In this document: positions 9,853 to 19,709 of the stretch, piece by piece
How the letters are laid out: the number at the start of each line of letters is the position of its first letter
How positions within the stretch are numbered: the first letter of the stretch is position 1
Assembly (NCBI GenBank): GCA_964504715.1
Contig: CAZDEP010000004.1
Location: 8,542 to 72,541, forward strand
Length of the DNA: 64,000 bases
Direction: 5' to 3'
Source: an uncultured Candidatus Saccharibacteria bacterium
GTDB taxonomy: Bacteria; Patescibacteriota; Doudnabacteria; UBA920
Program-made: the position numbers and the translations under genes
The notes under the pieces: generated by a model
What the model was told of the DNA's origin: nothing
The model's input: only the letters and a program-made list of their open reading frames with translations
Databases searched by the model: none

Positions 9853-10743
9853 ATGGACAAAAAAGACAAAGTTTTAGTCAAGCAAATCAACCTTGAGGGT
9901 AAAGAAGTTAAACTGGAATTCAAGCATTTACCCATCAGCAATATTAAGATTCTGGATGCCAGCCTGGGCATTATTGAAGCCTATGTTTCCATATTCGGCA
10001 ATGTAGACAGTTACGGCGACGTGGTGGAAAAAGGTGCTTTTGCCGCAAGCATTGCCAAACATTTTCCCCGCTACCCCAAAGGAGTATGGGCTCATGATTG
10101 GAGCCAGCCGATCGCCAAGACTTTAGAGATTAAAGAGGATCAGCAAGGACTGTATGTTAAGGGTCAACTGCTTTTGGATATTCAAAAGGCCAAAGAGGCT
10201 TACATTTTAATCAAGGAAGGCGTGGTTACGGATTTCTCATTCGGTTATGAGGTGGACGAAGCGGTCATTGATGAATCTACGGGCGTGAGACTTCTTAAAA
10301 AACTCACCATTTACGAATGGAGTCCGGTGCTGGTGGGCGCTAACGACAGAGCTACTCTTTTGAGGGTTAAAAGTGACGGTCAAGAAACTGCTGCGGAAAA
10401 TACGGAAGAACTCTTGGAAGATGACGATGAAGACGATCCGGAAAAAGATAATAAAGAAACCGAGGAAAAAATCGGAAGAGTATTGAGCGAAGCCAATCGG
10501 AGCATGATTAAAACGGCCATGGATGAAATAGTGCTTTTGGTGACCGGACTGAACGATATTTTTAAAATGTTTGAGGCTCTTTACAGGGCGACAGAACAAC
10601 CTCCGGGTAAGGGAGGCAACACTGTGGTCGAGCAGCGTGATAGAAGCAAAGTCGTAAAAAACTTATGGCTTCGAGACGCACGACAGGCGGTAAAAGCTGG
10701 TAATCGGCTGATACTGCGTATAAAGAAAGAAATTATTAATTAA
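9853..10743 (+). CDS. prohead protease (HK97 family) with acidic scaffold-like C-terminal region
   Basis: SIFGNVDSYGDVVEKGAF resembles the HK97 protease signature; EDDDEDD tract. Confidence 0.6.
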   Translation: MDKKDKVLVKQINLEGKEVKLEFKHLPISNIKILDASLGIIEAYVSIFGNVDSYGDVVEKGAFAASIAKHFPRYPKGVWAHDWSQPIAKTLEIKEDQQGLYVKGQLLLDIQKAKEAYILIKEGVVTDFSFGYEVDEAVIDESTGVRLLKKLTIYEWSPVLVGANDRATLLRVKSDGQETAAENTEELLEDDDEDDPEKDNKETEEKIGRVLSEANRSMIKTAMDEIVLLVTGLNDIFKMFEALYRATEQPPGKGGNTVVEQRDRSKVVKNLWLRDARQAVKAGNRLILRIKKEIIN

Positions 10744-10759
10744 TAAGGAGATTTAGTTT

Positions 10760-11881
10760 ATGGAAAAAGTTAAAGAGAAAGAAGAACAAAAAGCCAAAGA
10801 AATGGTCTTGCAACTTGAGACCGGAGAGGAAATTAATCTTAAACAATTAATTTCCGAAGCCACTGTTGAAGGCATGAAAGATGCGGGTCTTCCTTTTGAC
10901 GAGACTGGAAAGTTCTCCTTGAGAGCCTTGCCCGTGGAAGTGCAGGATGAAGTCAGCCGCAAGCAAAAAGATTATGAAGCATCCGCAAACTTCATAAAGT
11001 CTTTAATTTTGCCCGTCAATTTGCACAAGGAATACGGAGTTAAGGCTATCGACACCTCTTCGGGGTCTTTCGGCACCGTGGTTCCCACCGAGCTTTACAA
11101 CGAAATTGTGGCTCAAACCCTGCGCTGGCAGGTTGTCCGCAAGTATGCGTTCGTATTCAGCCTGACCGGTAAAATTGACGTGCCTACCCAAGGCACCGGC
11201 GTTACCGGCTTTTGGGTTTCTGAAAACGCGCCCGTCACCGAAAGCAACCCGACCAGCGGTAAAATCTCGCTCGACGACAACGGCGTGGCGGCTTTGATTA
11301 AGGTTTCGTGGAAACTGCTTCGCACCTCTCCGCAAAATATCACCAAGTTCGTTTCTACCTTGGCTGCTCGAGCCATTACGGACAAGGAAGAAGCAGCTTT
11401 CATTGACGGTGACGGAGCCGGGAAACCTTTAGGGTTAAGGCAAACCGCAGGTATCGGTTCGATTGCTCAAGCCGGAGCAAACTTGACCTACGATGACCTC
11501 ATGGCTCTGTTCTTTTCCTTGCCCGCCACCTATCGCAGAAGCGCGCAGTTCGTCACTTCGTCCAAAGGCGCTCGTTTGATCCATGCTTTGAAGGACAGCC
11601 AGAACCGTCCGATCTTCCAGCCCAACATGCAGTTGGACCAGTTAATGGGTAAGCCCCTCTTGGAGAGCCAAGACATGCCCGCTAACTTGGGAGTTGGATT
11701 GAATGAAACCGAAATTTTCTTCGGTGACCTGTTCAACTACTGGATCAAGGATGGCTCGCAATTGGAAATGGCCACGCAGGATCAAATCGAGAACTTGCAG
11801 ACCAAGATTGTCATTTACAAATACGTGGATGGCAAGCTTACCTTCCCCGCGGCCTTCCAGAAATTGACGGCAGTCAAGTAA
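10760..11881 (+). CDS. major capsid protein (HK97 fold)
   Basis: 373 aa directly after the protease; N-terminal coiled scaffold-like delta region. Confidence 0.65.
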   Translation: MEKVKEKEEQKAKEMVLQLETGEEINLKQLISEATVEGMKDAGLPFDETGKFSLRALPVEVQDEVSRKQKDYEASANFIKSLILPVNLHKEYGVKAIDTSSGSFGTVVPTELYNEIVAQTLRWQVVRKYAFVFSLTGKIDVPTQGTGVTGFWVSENAPVTESNPTSGKISLDDNGVAALIKVSWKLLRTSPQNITKFVSTLAARAITDKEEAAFIDGDGAGKPLGLRQTAGIGSIAQAGANLTYDDLMALFFSLPATYRRSAQFVTSSKGARLIHALKDSQNRPIFQPNMQLDQLMGKPLLESQDMPANLGVGLNETEIFFGDLFNYWIKDGSQLEMATQDQIENLQTKIVIYKYVDGKLTFPAAFQKLTAVK

Positions 11882-11905
11882 CCTGAAATTTTTGTGGGTT
11901 TTCAC

Positions 11906-11932
11906 ACTTAGCCCCTTACTAAGGGGCTAAGT
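11906..11932 (+). terminator. perfect 12-bp stem hairpin after the capsid gene
   Basis: acttagcccctt-act-aaggggctaagt. Confidence 0.4.
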
Positions 11933-11965
11933 AGAAAGCTTAGAATTAATTTAGAAAGGATATAT

Positions 11966-12184
11966 ATGAAAGTTGAATTTTTAGTGGATACCGAGCCTTT
12001 CATCAAGGGTGACGTGATAGAAGTCGCTGACGATCGGGCGCAGGACTTGCTCAACCAGAATTTGGTTGTCGCAGTTAGCCAGGACATTAAAGTCAAAATC
12101 CAAGCCAGCGAACCTAAAGACCCTTGCGAGGACAAGGCCGTGGAAACCAAGGCGATCACTCCGGAAGACGTGGAAAATAAATAA
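11966..12184 (+). CDS. hypothetical small head-associated protein
   Basis: ORF with RBS-like context. Confidence 0.3.
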   Translation: MKVEFLVDTEPFIKGDVIEVADDRAQDLLNQNLVVAVSQDIKVKIQASEPKDPCEDKAVETKAITPEDVENK

Positions 12185-12197
12185 AACGTAAAAATCT

Positions 12198-12530
12198 ATG
12201 CCCAATGTGACCATGACCAATTCGGAAGGCGAACGGGTAGTTTACATCAACCAAAGCGTTCCAGTGGGCACATTGAATTCCGATGAACTGATAAATGCAG
12301 AACTATTAAGACTGGTGCAGGTCTTTTGGAGAACAAAAGGCCCCCAAACCACCGCCAGATTGCAGGGAACTCATTCTGAAACTCCTGTCGCCGCCGATTG
12401 GTTCGATTTACAAACATTAGCAGTCGGATTAAATTCTGTCACCATAGCTTGCGTTAAGCGTTTGCGGGTGCAGATGGTGCAGACTAATTCAGCTCAAAAT
12501 AACGAATTAAGCGTATTTGGCACCACCTAA
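12198..12530 (+). CDS. hypothetical phage protein
   Basis: ORF only. Confidence 0.3.
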   Translation: MPNVTMTNSEGERVVYINQSVPVGTLNSDELINAELLRLVQVFWRTKGPQTTARLQGTHSETPVAADWFDLQTLAVGLNSVTIACVKRLRVQMVQTNSAQNNELSVFGTT

Positions 12531-12532
12531 AT

Positions 12533-12913
12533 ATGGAATTAACTTCAAAGGCGCTCACTACGGTTGAGCAGGTAAAAATTCATATCAATATTCAGGGCGC
12601 GGCGCAAGATGAGGAAATCAAGTTATTGATTAACGGAGCTTCGGAGTTCATTGAGAAATACTGTAACCGCAAATTTGTCGATGACTTCGTGTTGCCCGGA
12701 GAGGAAGACCCTGAAGCCGATCCGCCCGCGGTGCGCGACTTGCCTTACGATGTTGAGCTGGCATGTATTAAGTTGGTCGGAGCATTCTTAAATGTTAAAG
12801 ATTCGGAAGGAGTGAAAAACGCATCGGCGGGCAATCTGAATATCACTTGGGCAACCGGGATTGACCAGAGCGTAAAGAATATTTTAGATCATTACAAAGT
12901 CTACAATGTTTAA
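12533..12913 (+). CDS. head-tail connector (gp6-like)
   Basis: Size and position. Confidence 0.4.
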   Translation: MELTSKALTTVEQVKIHINIQGAAQDEEIKLLINGASEFIEKYCNRKFVDDFVLPGEEDPEADPPAVRDLPYDVELACIKLVGAFLNVKDSEGVKNASAGNLNITWATGIDQSVKNILDHYKVYNV

Positions 12914-13211
12914 CCAAGTAACTTTTGAAATATGGAGATTAACCGTCGTATCCGGAGAAAAGAGAAGTTTTCAGAATACCGGCGAAAAGCTGTCCGGAGT
13001 TCTGGACCCTGTTGATGCGGAATTCGCTGCTTTGTCGGGCAGTTCATTCGGAAAATCTTTCAAGGTTTTTTCACAGGATAATAACAGCACGGTTAGGGAA
13101 AACGATCGTTTGGTTTTAGGCGGCGACACTTATGAAGTCAGAGGCTACCAAAAGTTTGATCATATTCCCAAGCATATTGAATTGATCGTGGAAAAAGTAA
13201 TTAAGCAATAA
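12906..13211 (+). CDS. head closure / adaptor protein
   Basis: Position; overlapping coupled ORFs. Confidence 0.3.
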   Translation: MFNQVTFEIWRLTVVSGEKRSFQNTGEKLSGVLDPVDAEFAALSGSSFGKSFKVFSQDNNSTVRENDRLVLGGDTYEVRGYQKFDHIPKHIELIVEKVIKQ

Positions 13212-13678
13212 TGAATGTCCAGATTCAAGAAGTCAGAGGAAAATTATTGGAAAAAATCCCGTTTGCCGGATATTACTTGCAGATTGGAATTCAACAAGCC
13301 TTAAAGGACGCTTCCGCGCTTATCTGGAGATTAACCATAGAAAAAGCCCCGACTTCCACCGGCACCTTAAAAAAAAGCATTAACCGTGATTTGTTTCCGA
13401 CTTACGCCAAGATTTACCCGACGGTAAAATATGGCATTTACGTTCACGAAGGCACGAGGCCGCATTGGCCTCCGCTCATAGAGCTTAAGCCGGGCGGATC
13501 CCTATATAGATGGGCGCAGAAGAAAGGCATTCCAGTGTTCTTGGTGGCCAGGGCAATTGCCCGAAAAGGCACTAAAGCCCAGCCGTGGATGGCCAACATT
13601 GCCGACAATCAGAAGGATGCGGTGGAACAGATTTTCTTAAATGAGCTGGCCAAGGTAGTTGAAAAATTAGGAGATTAA
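13211..13678 (+). CDS. tail completion protein (HK97 gp10-like)
   Basis: Position. Confidence 0.3.
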   Translation: MNVQIQEVRGKLLEKIPFAGYYLQIGIQQALKDASALIWRLTIEKAPTSTGTLKKSINRDLFPTYAKIYPTVKYGIYVHEGTRPHWPPLIELKPGGSLYRWAQKKGIPVFLVARAIARKGTKAQPWMANIADNQKDAVEQIFLNELAKVVEKLGD

Positions 13679-13680
13679 TT

Positions 13681-14091
13681 ATGTGGCAGGATATCAGACA
13701 AAAAATATTGGACGTGGTTACCGCAAACGGCAGCAAATTGCAATCCGTTTATAGAACCGACCGCAGCAAATTTGACGGCTACCCGGCCGCGATTATCGCT
13801 CCATCCGAACACGAGTCGGATTACGAAGATACTAAAACCGATGAGCTAACTTTTGTTTTTACCGTTACCGTTTTCCAAAGCATTGCCGACGTGGGAGAGG
13901 ATCAAGCAGATATTATTTTGGAAAAAGTTGTCGATGAATTAATCACCTTATTTCTAGACCGCAGAGTTTTAGGGAATACCGTGGAATGGGTGTTACCGGT
14001 AAACAGCCGCTGGGGATATCAAGACAGGCCGGACGGACAGGTTCGGGTGGCAGAATTAAAACTTAGATGCAGAAAGTATATAGGCAATTAA
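13681..14091 (+). CDS. tail terminator-like protein
   Basis: Position. Confidence 0.3.
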   Translation: MWQDIRQKILDVVTANGSKLQSVYRTDRSKFDGYPAAIIAPSEHESDYEDTKTDELTFVFTVTVFQSIADVGEDQADIILEKVVDELITLFLDRRVLGNTVEWVLPVNSRWGYQDRPDGQVRVAELKLRCRKYIGN

Positions 14092-14263
14092 CATTAGACT
14101 CATGAAGAATAAAAATACCAACGACAATTTACCCGACTTGGAATTTAACTTCCCTCTTGAAGGGGTGGTTATTAAAGCCAAAACTTTGGAAGAAGCCCAA
14201 AGCGAATTAGCCAGGCGCAAAAGTCAAAGGTCTGAACCAATTAACGACGAAGGAGAATAATTT

Positions 14264-15256
14264 ATGTTTTTACGAGGCGAAGATATTAATATCGGTTTAG
14301 GGGTGGAAACCGTCCGAGGCACGGGCGTGGCTCCAGCCGTATTCATTCCCGGCAAAACTCCGACGGGAGTGAGCGTTGATGTTGATAAGACTTTGATCAA
14401 AGAAACAAGGGCTAGTAAGGTTTCCAGCCAAGGCAGCGAGATTACCCGCATAGCGGCTGGTGGAAATTTGGAGTTTAACTTAAGAGTCAGCAGCATCGGC
14501 TATTTGTTAAAGAGTTTGCTTGGGGCGGTCAGCAGCGCGGTGGCCGGTGGCGAATCCGCCGTTTATAATCACACTTTCAGCATTTTACCCAGCAATCCGC
14601 AGCACCCTTCCCTGACTTTGGCGTTAAGCAAACCCGGCATTCAGGATTATGAATATCCTCTGGCTTTGGTCAAAAGCCTTGAAATCAGGACACCGGTTAA
14701 TGATCTTATAAACGCCACGGCGGCTTTTCTGGCGCAAAAGGAAAATACGCACGCGGCCTACACTCCGGCGTTTGTCGCCAGTGATTATTACTTCCGGCAT
14801 CAAGATGTCGTGATCAAGCTTGCCGACAACGTGGCCGGACTTGCGGCGGCCAGCCCGATCAAAGTAAAGAATTTCAAATTCGGCATAGATAATAAAGGAA
14901 GGTTTAATCAGAACGTTTCGGAATTAAACCCGAGCGACGTCATTGCCGATATATTCAGCCTTGAAGGCGAAATGCAGCTCGACTTGGTTGATACTTCCCT
15001 GCACGATATTTTTACCGCCGGATCATACAAAGCGTTGCAGTTAAAAATGATTCGCAGCGATATCACAATCGGCACTGCCAGCAATCCGGCCGTAACGATA
15101 ACTTTGCCGAAAGTCAGCTTTGAAAGTTTCAATGAAAACAGAAAGATCGACGATATTGTCGAGCAGACCATTAAATTTATGGCTCACTACTCCGCTTCCG
15201 ACGCCATGGCCATTCAAGCGGTGGTTACAAATGAAAAAGCTAATTATAATTCCTAA
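14264..15256 (+). CDS. major tail protein
   Basis: Precedes the G/GT chaperone pair and the tape measure. Confidence 0.5.
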   Translation: MFLRGEDINIGLGVETVRGTGVAPAVFIPGKTPTGVSVDVDKTLIKETRASKVSSQGSEITRIAAGGNLEFNLRVSSIGYLLKSLLGAVSSAVAGGESAVYNHTFSILPSNPQHPSLTLALSKPGIQDYEYPLALVKSLEIRTPVNDLINATAAFLAQKENTHAAYTPAFVASDYYFRHQDVVIKLADNVAGLAAASPIKVKNFKFGIDNKGRFNQNVSELNPSDVIADIFSLEGEMQLDLVDTSLHDIFTAGSYKALQLKMIRSDITIGTASNPAVTITLPKVSFESFNENRKIDDIVEQTIKFMAHYSASDAMAIQAVVTNEKANYNS

Positions 15257-15260
15257 AAAT

Positions 15261-15641
15261 ATGGAACGAGAAAATATTACAATTGAAACGCCGGTCGATA
15301 AGCACGTTGTGGTGCTAAAAAGTTTTATTACCGGCCGCGAACAAAGAATTTTGACCAACATTTTCGTATCGGGAATGAAAGACGTCAAAGTTTCGGCAAT
15401 AAACCAAGACTTAAATGTTCCGGAGGTTAACACCGCCTTAATCGATAAGGCCGAGGATGAAGCGTGGCGTTTGGTAATCGTATCCATTGACGGACACAAA
15501 GACGGCGATGTCATTGATGGCAAGCCTTATTCCCTAATCGATGCGGTATTGGATATGAAATTAAAGGATTACGAGGCCGTATCCAATAAGGTAAAGGAAG
15601 TCACGCAAGACAAACATTTTGAATCTCAAAAAAAAATTTAA
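15261..15641 (+). CDS. tail assembly chaperone G; start revised from ORF-track 15120 to the ATG at 15261
   Basis: Acidic protein ending 6 codons after an A AAA AAA slippery heptamer (15629-15635). Confidence 0.55.
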   Translation: MERENITIETPVDKHVVVLKSFITGREQRILTNIFVSGMKDVKVSAINQDLNVPEVNTALIDKAEDEAWRLVIVSIDGHKDGDVIDGKPYSLIDAVLDMKLKDYEAVSNKVKEVTQDKHFESQKKI

Positions 15642-15844
15642 TCGTTGAATATCGCACCTTCTTAAGAAATGGCGGAGGTAAGTTGCCGGAACAGTTAATC
15701 ATGGCAATGGTTTGCGAAAAAATGGGCTGGACATTGGAGCAATACCTGTGCCAGCCCGTTTGGTTTATAAAGACGTTGCTGCTTAAAATGAATTTAGACG
15801 CAGAGCATTCGGAAGAATTAAATAAACAATATGGCTCAAAGTAA
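15261..15844 (+). CDS. tail assembly chaperone GT fusion made by -1 programmed frameshift at 15629-15635
   Basis: -1 frame stays open for 69 codons (NLIVEYRTFLRNGGGK...NKQYGSK) and ends at 15844, overlapping the tape measure start. Confidence 0.5.
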
Positions 15845-17534
15845 TTTGGAAATCGTAATAAAAGCCCAGGACGAGGCATCGGATAAGCTTAAAGGTATTG
15901 CCGAAAGCGCAAAAGGTATGGGCATAGCGTTTACGGCCGTGGGAGCGGTAATAACCGGGTCTTTGGCTTTTGCCATTAAGGCGGCCAGCGATGCCCAGAT
16001 TCAAATGCAGGGCGTTGATACCGTGCTTAATGCCATGAAAAGCAGCGCGCAGGATGCGGCCGCCAAGGTGCAGGTAAACGGCAATGAAATGAAATTGAGC
16101 GCGCTTAAGGCGCAGGAGTTGCAGCTCAAAATAGCGGAAATTGAAAAGGGATATAAAAAGAACAAGGACGCTTTGGATGACAACACCGATTCGATGGACA
16201 AAAATGCCGTCAAACTGGCCGAATATAAAATACAGCTCGAGGCTTTAAACGCCAAACAAGAACAACAGCAAAATCTGTTAAAGCTCGCCACGGGCAACTT
16301 TGATATATATAGAGAGACTATCGTTAAGGCGGGCAAGGCGGCTTTACAGTTGGGCTTTGACGATGAGGAGGCCAGTCTAAGTATTACCAAATTATTCCAG
16401 CGCACCGGCGATTTAAATCAAGCCATTAAACTGAATAGTCTGGCAATGGATTTGGCTCGCAGCAAGCACATGGACTTGTCTACCGCCAGCAATTTGGTAG
16501 GCATGGTTTTAAGCGGCAACTCACGCGTGTTAAAACAATACGGCATTGATATCAAAGATTCGGCCACGGCCGGAGAGGCTTTGCAAGAACTCCAAGTCAG
16601 ACTGAAGGGATCGGTGCAGGATTACGCACAGACTTTTGCGGGTCAAAGCGCGGTGCTCAAGGAAAAACTTTCCAACATAGTTGAGGAAATCGGGGGCAAG
16701 CTTTTGCCCGTATTAACCCAGTTGCTTGAACGCATCGCACCCATTGTCGACAAAATTGTTGACTGGATGGGCAAGCATGAAAAACTTACCACTGTTCTAA
16801 TCATCGGAGTCGGGGCTTTGGGTTTGTTGCTTGCGGTTTTGGGACCATTGCTGATTGCACTTCCTGCCATAGTCGCGGGCATTCAAGCGGTCGGAGCGGC
16901 CATGATGTTTTTGGCAGCTAATCCCATTATCTTAATCATTGGCGCCATCATCGCCTTAATTGCCGTGATTGTTTTAATGATCACCCACTGGCAACAGACC
17001 AAGGTTATAGCTTTGCAAGTTTGGAATGAAATTAAGGAAGTCGTGGGCGGCGCCATGGAAACCGTGAAGAATTACATCGACGCGGGCATGACGTATATTC
17101 AAACCGCCTGGATGGAAGTTTGGACGGCGATTAAGGATTACGTTATCGGCATTTGGCAGGAAATTGTCGATAAAATTACCGGTTTTGTAAACGGAATAAT
17201 GGACAAAGTTAACAGCGTCAAAAACGCTATTAGTAGTGTTGCCAGCTCGGTTGGCGGGGCTATTAGTAGTGCGGGTAATAAGATTGGCAATGCGTTTGGC
17301 GGGGGCAAAGCTTCTGGAGGTTCGGTATTCGGCGGTTCCACCTATCTGGTGGGAGAACAGGGACCCGAATTATTCACGCCCTCCTCTTCCGGAATGATAG
17401 TTCCAAATCATGCTTTGGGCGGTGCGGTCTTTAATATCAATTTTTCCGGAAATACTTTTATGGGAGATCGAGACGTGGCAAGAAAGATTGGAAAGGAGTT
17501 GGTGAATTACTTAAAATTAAATGTTAGGGTTTAA
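15831..17534 (+). CDS. tail tape measure protein
   Basis: 567 aa; coiled-coil N-terminus, hydrophobic central segment, Gly-rich C-terminus. Confidence 0.75.
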   Translation: MAQSNLEIVIKAQDEASDKLKGIAESAKGMGIAFTAVGAVITGSLAFAIKAASDAQIQMQGVDTVLNAMKSSAQDAAAKVQVNGNEMKLSALKAQELQLKIAEIEKGYKKNKDALDDNTDSMDKNAVKLAEYKIQLEALNAKQEQQQNLLKLATGNFDIYRETIVKAGKAALQLGFDDEEASLSITKLFQRTGDLNQAIKLNSLAMDLARSKHMDLSTASNLVGMVLSGNSRVLKQYGIDIKDSATAGEALQELQVRLKGSVQDYAQTFAGQSAVLKEKLSNIVEEIGGKLLPVLTQLLERIAPIVDKIVDWMGKHEKLTTVLIIGVGALGLLLAVLGPLLIALPAIVAGIQAVGAAMMFLAANPIILIIGAIIALIAVIVLMITHWQQTKVIALQVWNEIKEVVGGAMETVKNYIDAGMTYIQTAWMEVWTAIKDYVIGIWQEIVDKITGFVNGIMDKVNSVKNAISSVASSVGGAISSAGNKIGNAFGGGKASGGSVFGGSTYLVGEQGPELFTPSSSGMIVPNHALGGAVFNINFSGNTFMGDRDVARKIGKELVNYLKLNVRV

Positions 17535-19042
17535 TGATAACCGTTGAAATAAAAAAATTGGGAGAGGTCGTATTTACCGACCGCACTACATCGGTAATAT
17601 GGGACAGCTTGAAGATCAGGCAGGCTTTGACCAAAGAGGTGGACTCCTGCAATTTCAACATGGAAAAATACGGGAGTAAAACATTTAAACCGGACGAAGA
17701 AGACGAGATCGTAATAAAGCAAGATGGAATAAAAATCTTTGCCGGTTTTCTTGTCAGGGTCAGGGAAACTTTGACTCCCAACTTAGTGCTTTCATACGAA
17801 TGTGAAGCCAAAGATTATACCCATCTGCTAAATCGCAAATTGGTGAATAAAACTTACAGCAACCAAACCGAACTGCAAATCATTACCGATATTAAGAATA
17901 CTTTCTCCGCAGCCGGTATCACCGTTGCTAATGTTGACGGAGCCAATGTCATTGAGAACATTACTTTTAATAATGTGGATCCGTCGGCGGCTTTGCAAAA
18001 ACTGGCGGAAATTTTCAACAAAGATTGGTATATCGATTACGACAAGGATATCCATTACTTTTCCAAAGAAGCTAACGTCGCGCCGTTTAGTTTGAGCGAT
18101 GCCAACGGAAATTACATATTGGAAAGTTTGGAAATTACCACAGATACGACGCAGATTAAAAACAGCGTATTTGTGGAAGGAGGGCAGGAATTGAGCGGCA
18201 CGGTCTTTACCGAAAAATTCGTGGCCGATGGCACGCAGCATACCTTTTCCGTCAGCTATCAATATGCCAACCTTATATTGAAACTCAACGGCGTGACGAA
18301 AACCGTCGGCATCGACGGCACCGATGATTTTACCGGCAAGGACGCGCTATATAATTTTGAGAATTTTTCTTTAAGATTTAATCCTTTATCTCCCCCGGCC
18401 AATGGCACGGTAATTGAGTTTGGCGGCAATTTCTATTTTCCCATTAAGACTCTTGTCAGGGAAAGCACGTCAATTACCAAGTATGGCGAAAAGCAATTCC
18501 AAATTATTGACAGCAATATTAAAAATCGCGACGTAGCCAAGAAAAGGGCGCAGGCGGAAATCTATGCCTACGCGGCAAATCTTAACGAAGGAGGTTTTGA
18601 AACTTATACGTCGGGTCTTCGCGCAGGTCAACGTCTTTTAATTCAGTCGGACATCAGGTCTTTGAGTGATTATTACTTAATCAATAATTTGGAAGCCTCA
18701 ATGTTTAATCCGAGCAAAATTATTTGGAAAGCGACATTGGTGAGCGTGAAAACTTTTGACGTCATGGACTTGTTGGCCAAGATTGTCGACAAAAGTAACT
18801 TGCAGACCGGCACGGATGAAATAGTTAAGACCGCGGAGATTGTATTGCGAAGCGTGCAGGTGAGCAGGAATATCCAAATTCAAACCCCGCAGTCAAAAGC
18901 AAGGATAGTCCAACTGACCCGGCTTTTTTTAAGCTATATTGATAACCCGCCCGTCTGGGTGGCCGGACCCTATAATCCCACTTCCCTAAGCGACCGCAAA
19001 AGACCGGCTTTTGCCGATCGGGGTTGTCTTTTAGGCAGTTAA
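17534..19042 (+). CDS. distal tail / tail component protein
   Basis: Position after the tape measure. Confidence 0.45.
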   Translation: MITVEIKKLGEVVFTDRTTSVIWDSLKIRQALTKEVDSCNFNMEKYGSKTFKPDEEDEIVIKQDGIKIFAGFLVRVRETLTPNLVLSYECEAKDYTHLLNRKLVNKTYSNQTELQIITDIKNTFSAAGITVANVDGANVIENITFNNVDPSAALQKLAEIFNKDWYIDYDKDIHYFSKEANVAPFSLSDANGNYILESLEITTDTTQIKNSVFVEGGQELSGTVFTEKFVADGTQHTFSVSYQYANLILKLNGVTKTVGIDGTDDFTGKDALYNFENFSLRFNPLSPPANGTVIEFGGNFYFPIKTLVRESTSITKYGEKQFQIIDSNIKNRDVAKKRAQAEIYAYAANLNEGGFETYTSGLRAGQRLLIQSDIRSLSDYYLINNLEASMFNPSKIIWKATLVSVKTFDVMDLLAKIVDKSNLQTGTDEIVKTAEIVLRSVQVSRNIQIQTPQSKARIVQLTRLFLSYIDNPPVWVAGPYNPTSLSDRKRPAFADRGCLLGS

Positions 19043-19044
19043 TT

Positions 19045-19053
19045 TGCTATAAT
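19045..19053 (+). promoter_or_regulatory. extended -10 promoter (TGcTATAAT) with conserved leader and U-tract (19068-19140)
   Basis: Exact TGnTATAAT; leader shares aactttaa / tacgggctt / cgggagta / U-run with the 7482-7546 and 9761-9840 copies. Confidence 0.45.
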
Positions 19054-19142
19054 ATAGATAATAAATCAATAACTTTAAGGATTTACGGATCCTATTTCCA
19101 AAAGCATACGGGCTTTTCGGGAGTAGGGTCTTTTTTGTTTTT

Positions 19143-19706
19143 ATGGACATAAAAGCTGAAGAAAAATTCATTAAACGTATTGGCTGGATTACCAAGTATA
19201 ACTGGGAAAAGCTAAAACTCATTCCTAATTGGCGTGACTATTTTGACGTGAGTAAAATCTCCCCGCAAAAAAGGTTTGAAATATTTGGAGGCATTCCCGG
19301 ATTGATTGAAGGGCAGCAATTGTTTGAAAACCTAACTCCGACTGTTGGCTTTCAGCAACTTTGCAAAGCCATGAGTGGCAATATTTCCACGATTGCGGAG
19401 ATCGGAGTTAATTATCACGCCATGGGCACGGGCACGAATTCTCCGGCTGCCGGTGATATTCAATTACAAACCGAGAGCACCAGAAAACTTTTAGCTTCAA
19501 AGACTTATTCAAACAACAAAGCTTTTTATACCGCTTTCTATGCAGCTACCGAGGCTGTGGGAACTTTCACTGAAATCGGTTTGTTCATAAACGGATCGGC
19601 TACTGTCAACTCCGGCGTGATATGGGACAGGTCGCTGCTTTCGATTATTAAATCCAACACACAGACCTTAACAATTGATTACGAGGATACGTTCATTAAC
19701 GGATAA
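19143..19706 (+). CDS. tail protein (hypothetical)
   Basis: ORF between tail genes. Confidence 0.3.
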   Translation: MDIKAEEKFIKRIGWITKYNWEKLKLIPNWRDYFDVSKISPQKRFEIFGGIPGLIEGQQLFENLTPTVGFQQLCKAMSGNISTIAEIGVNYHAMGTGTNSPAAGDIQLQTESTRKLLASKTYSNNKAFYTAFYAATEAVGTFTEIGLFINGSATVNSGVIWDRSLLSIIKSNTQTLTIDYEDTFING

Positions 19707-19709
19707 TCT

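Noticed and set aside
15120-15641. ORF-track start at 15120 for the tail chaperone
   Set aside because: It would overlap the major tail gene by 137 nt; the ATG at 15261 (or 15231) directly after the upstream stop gives a compact G protein.
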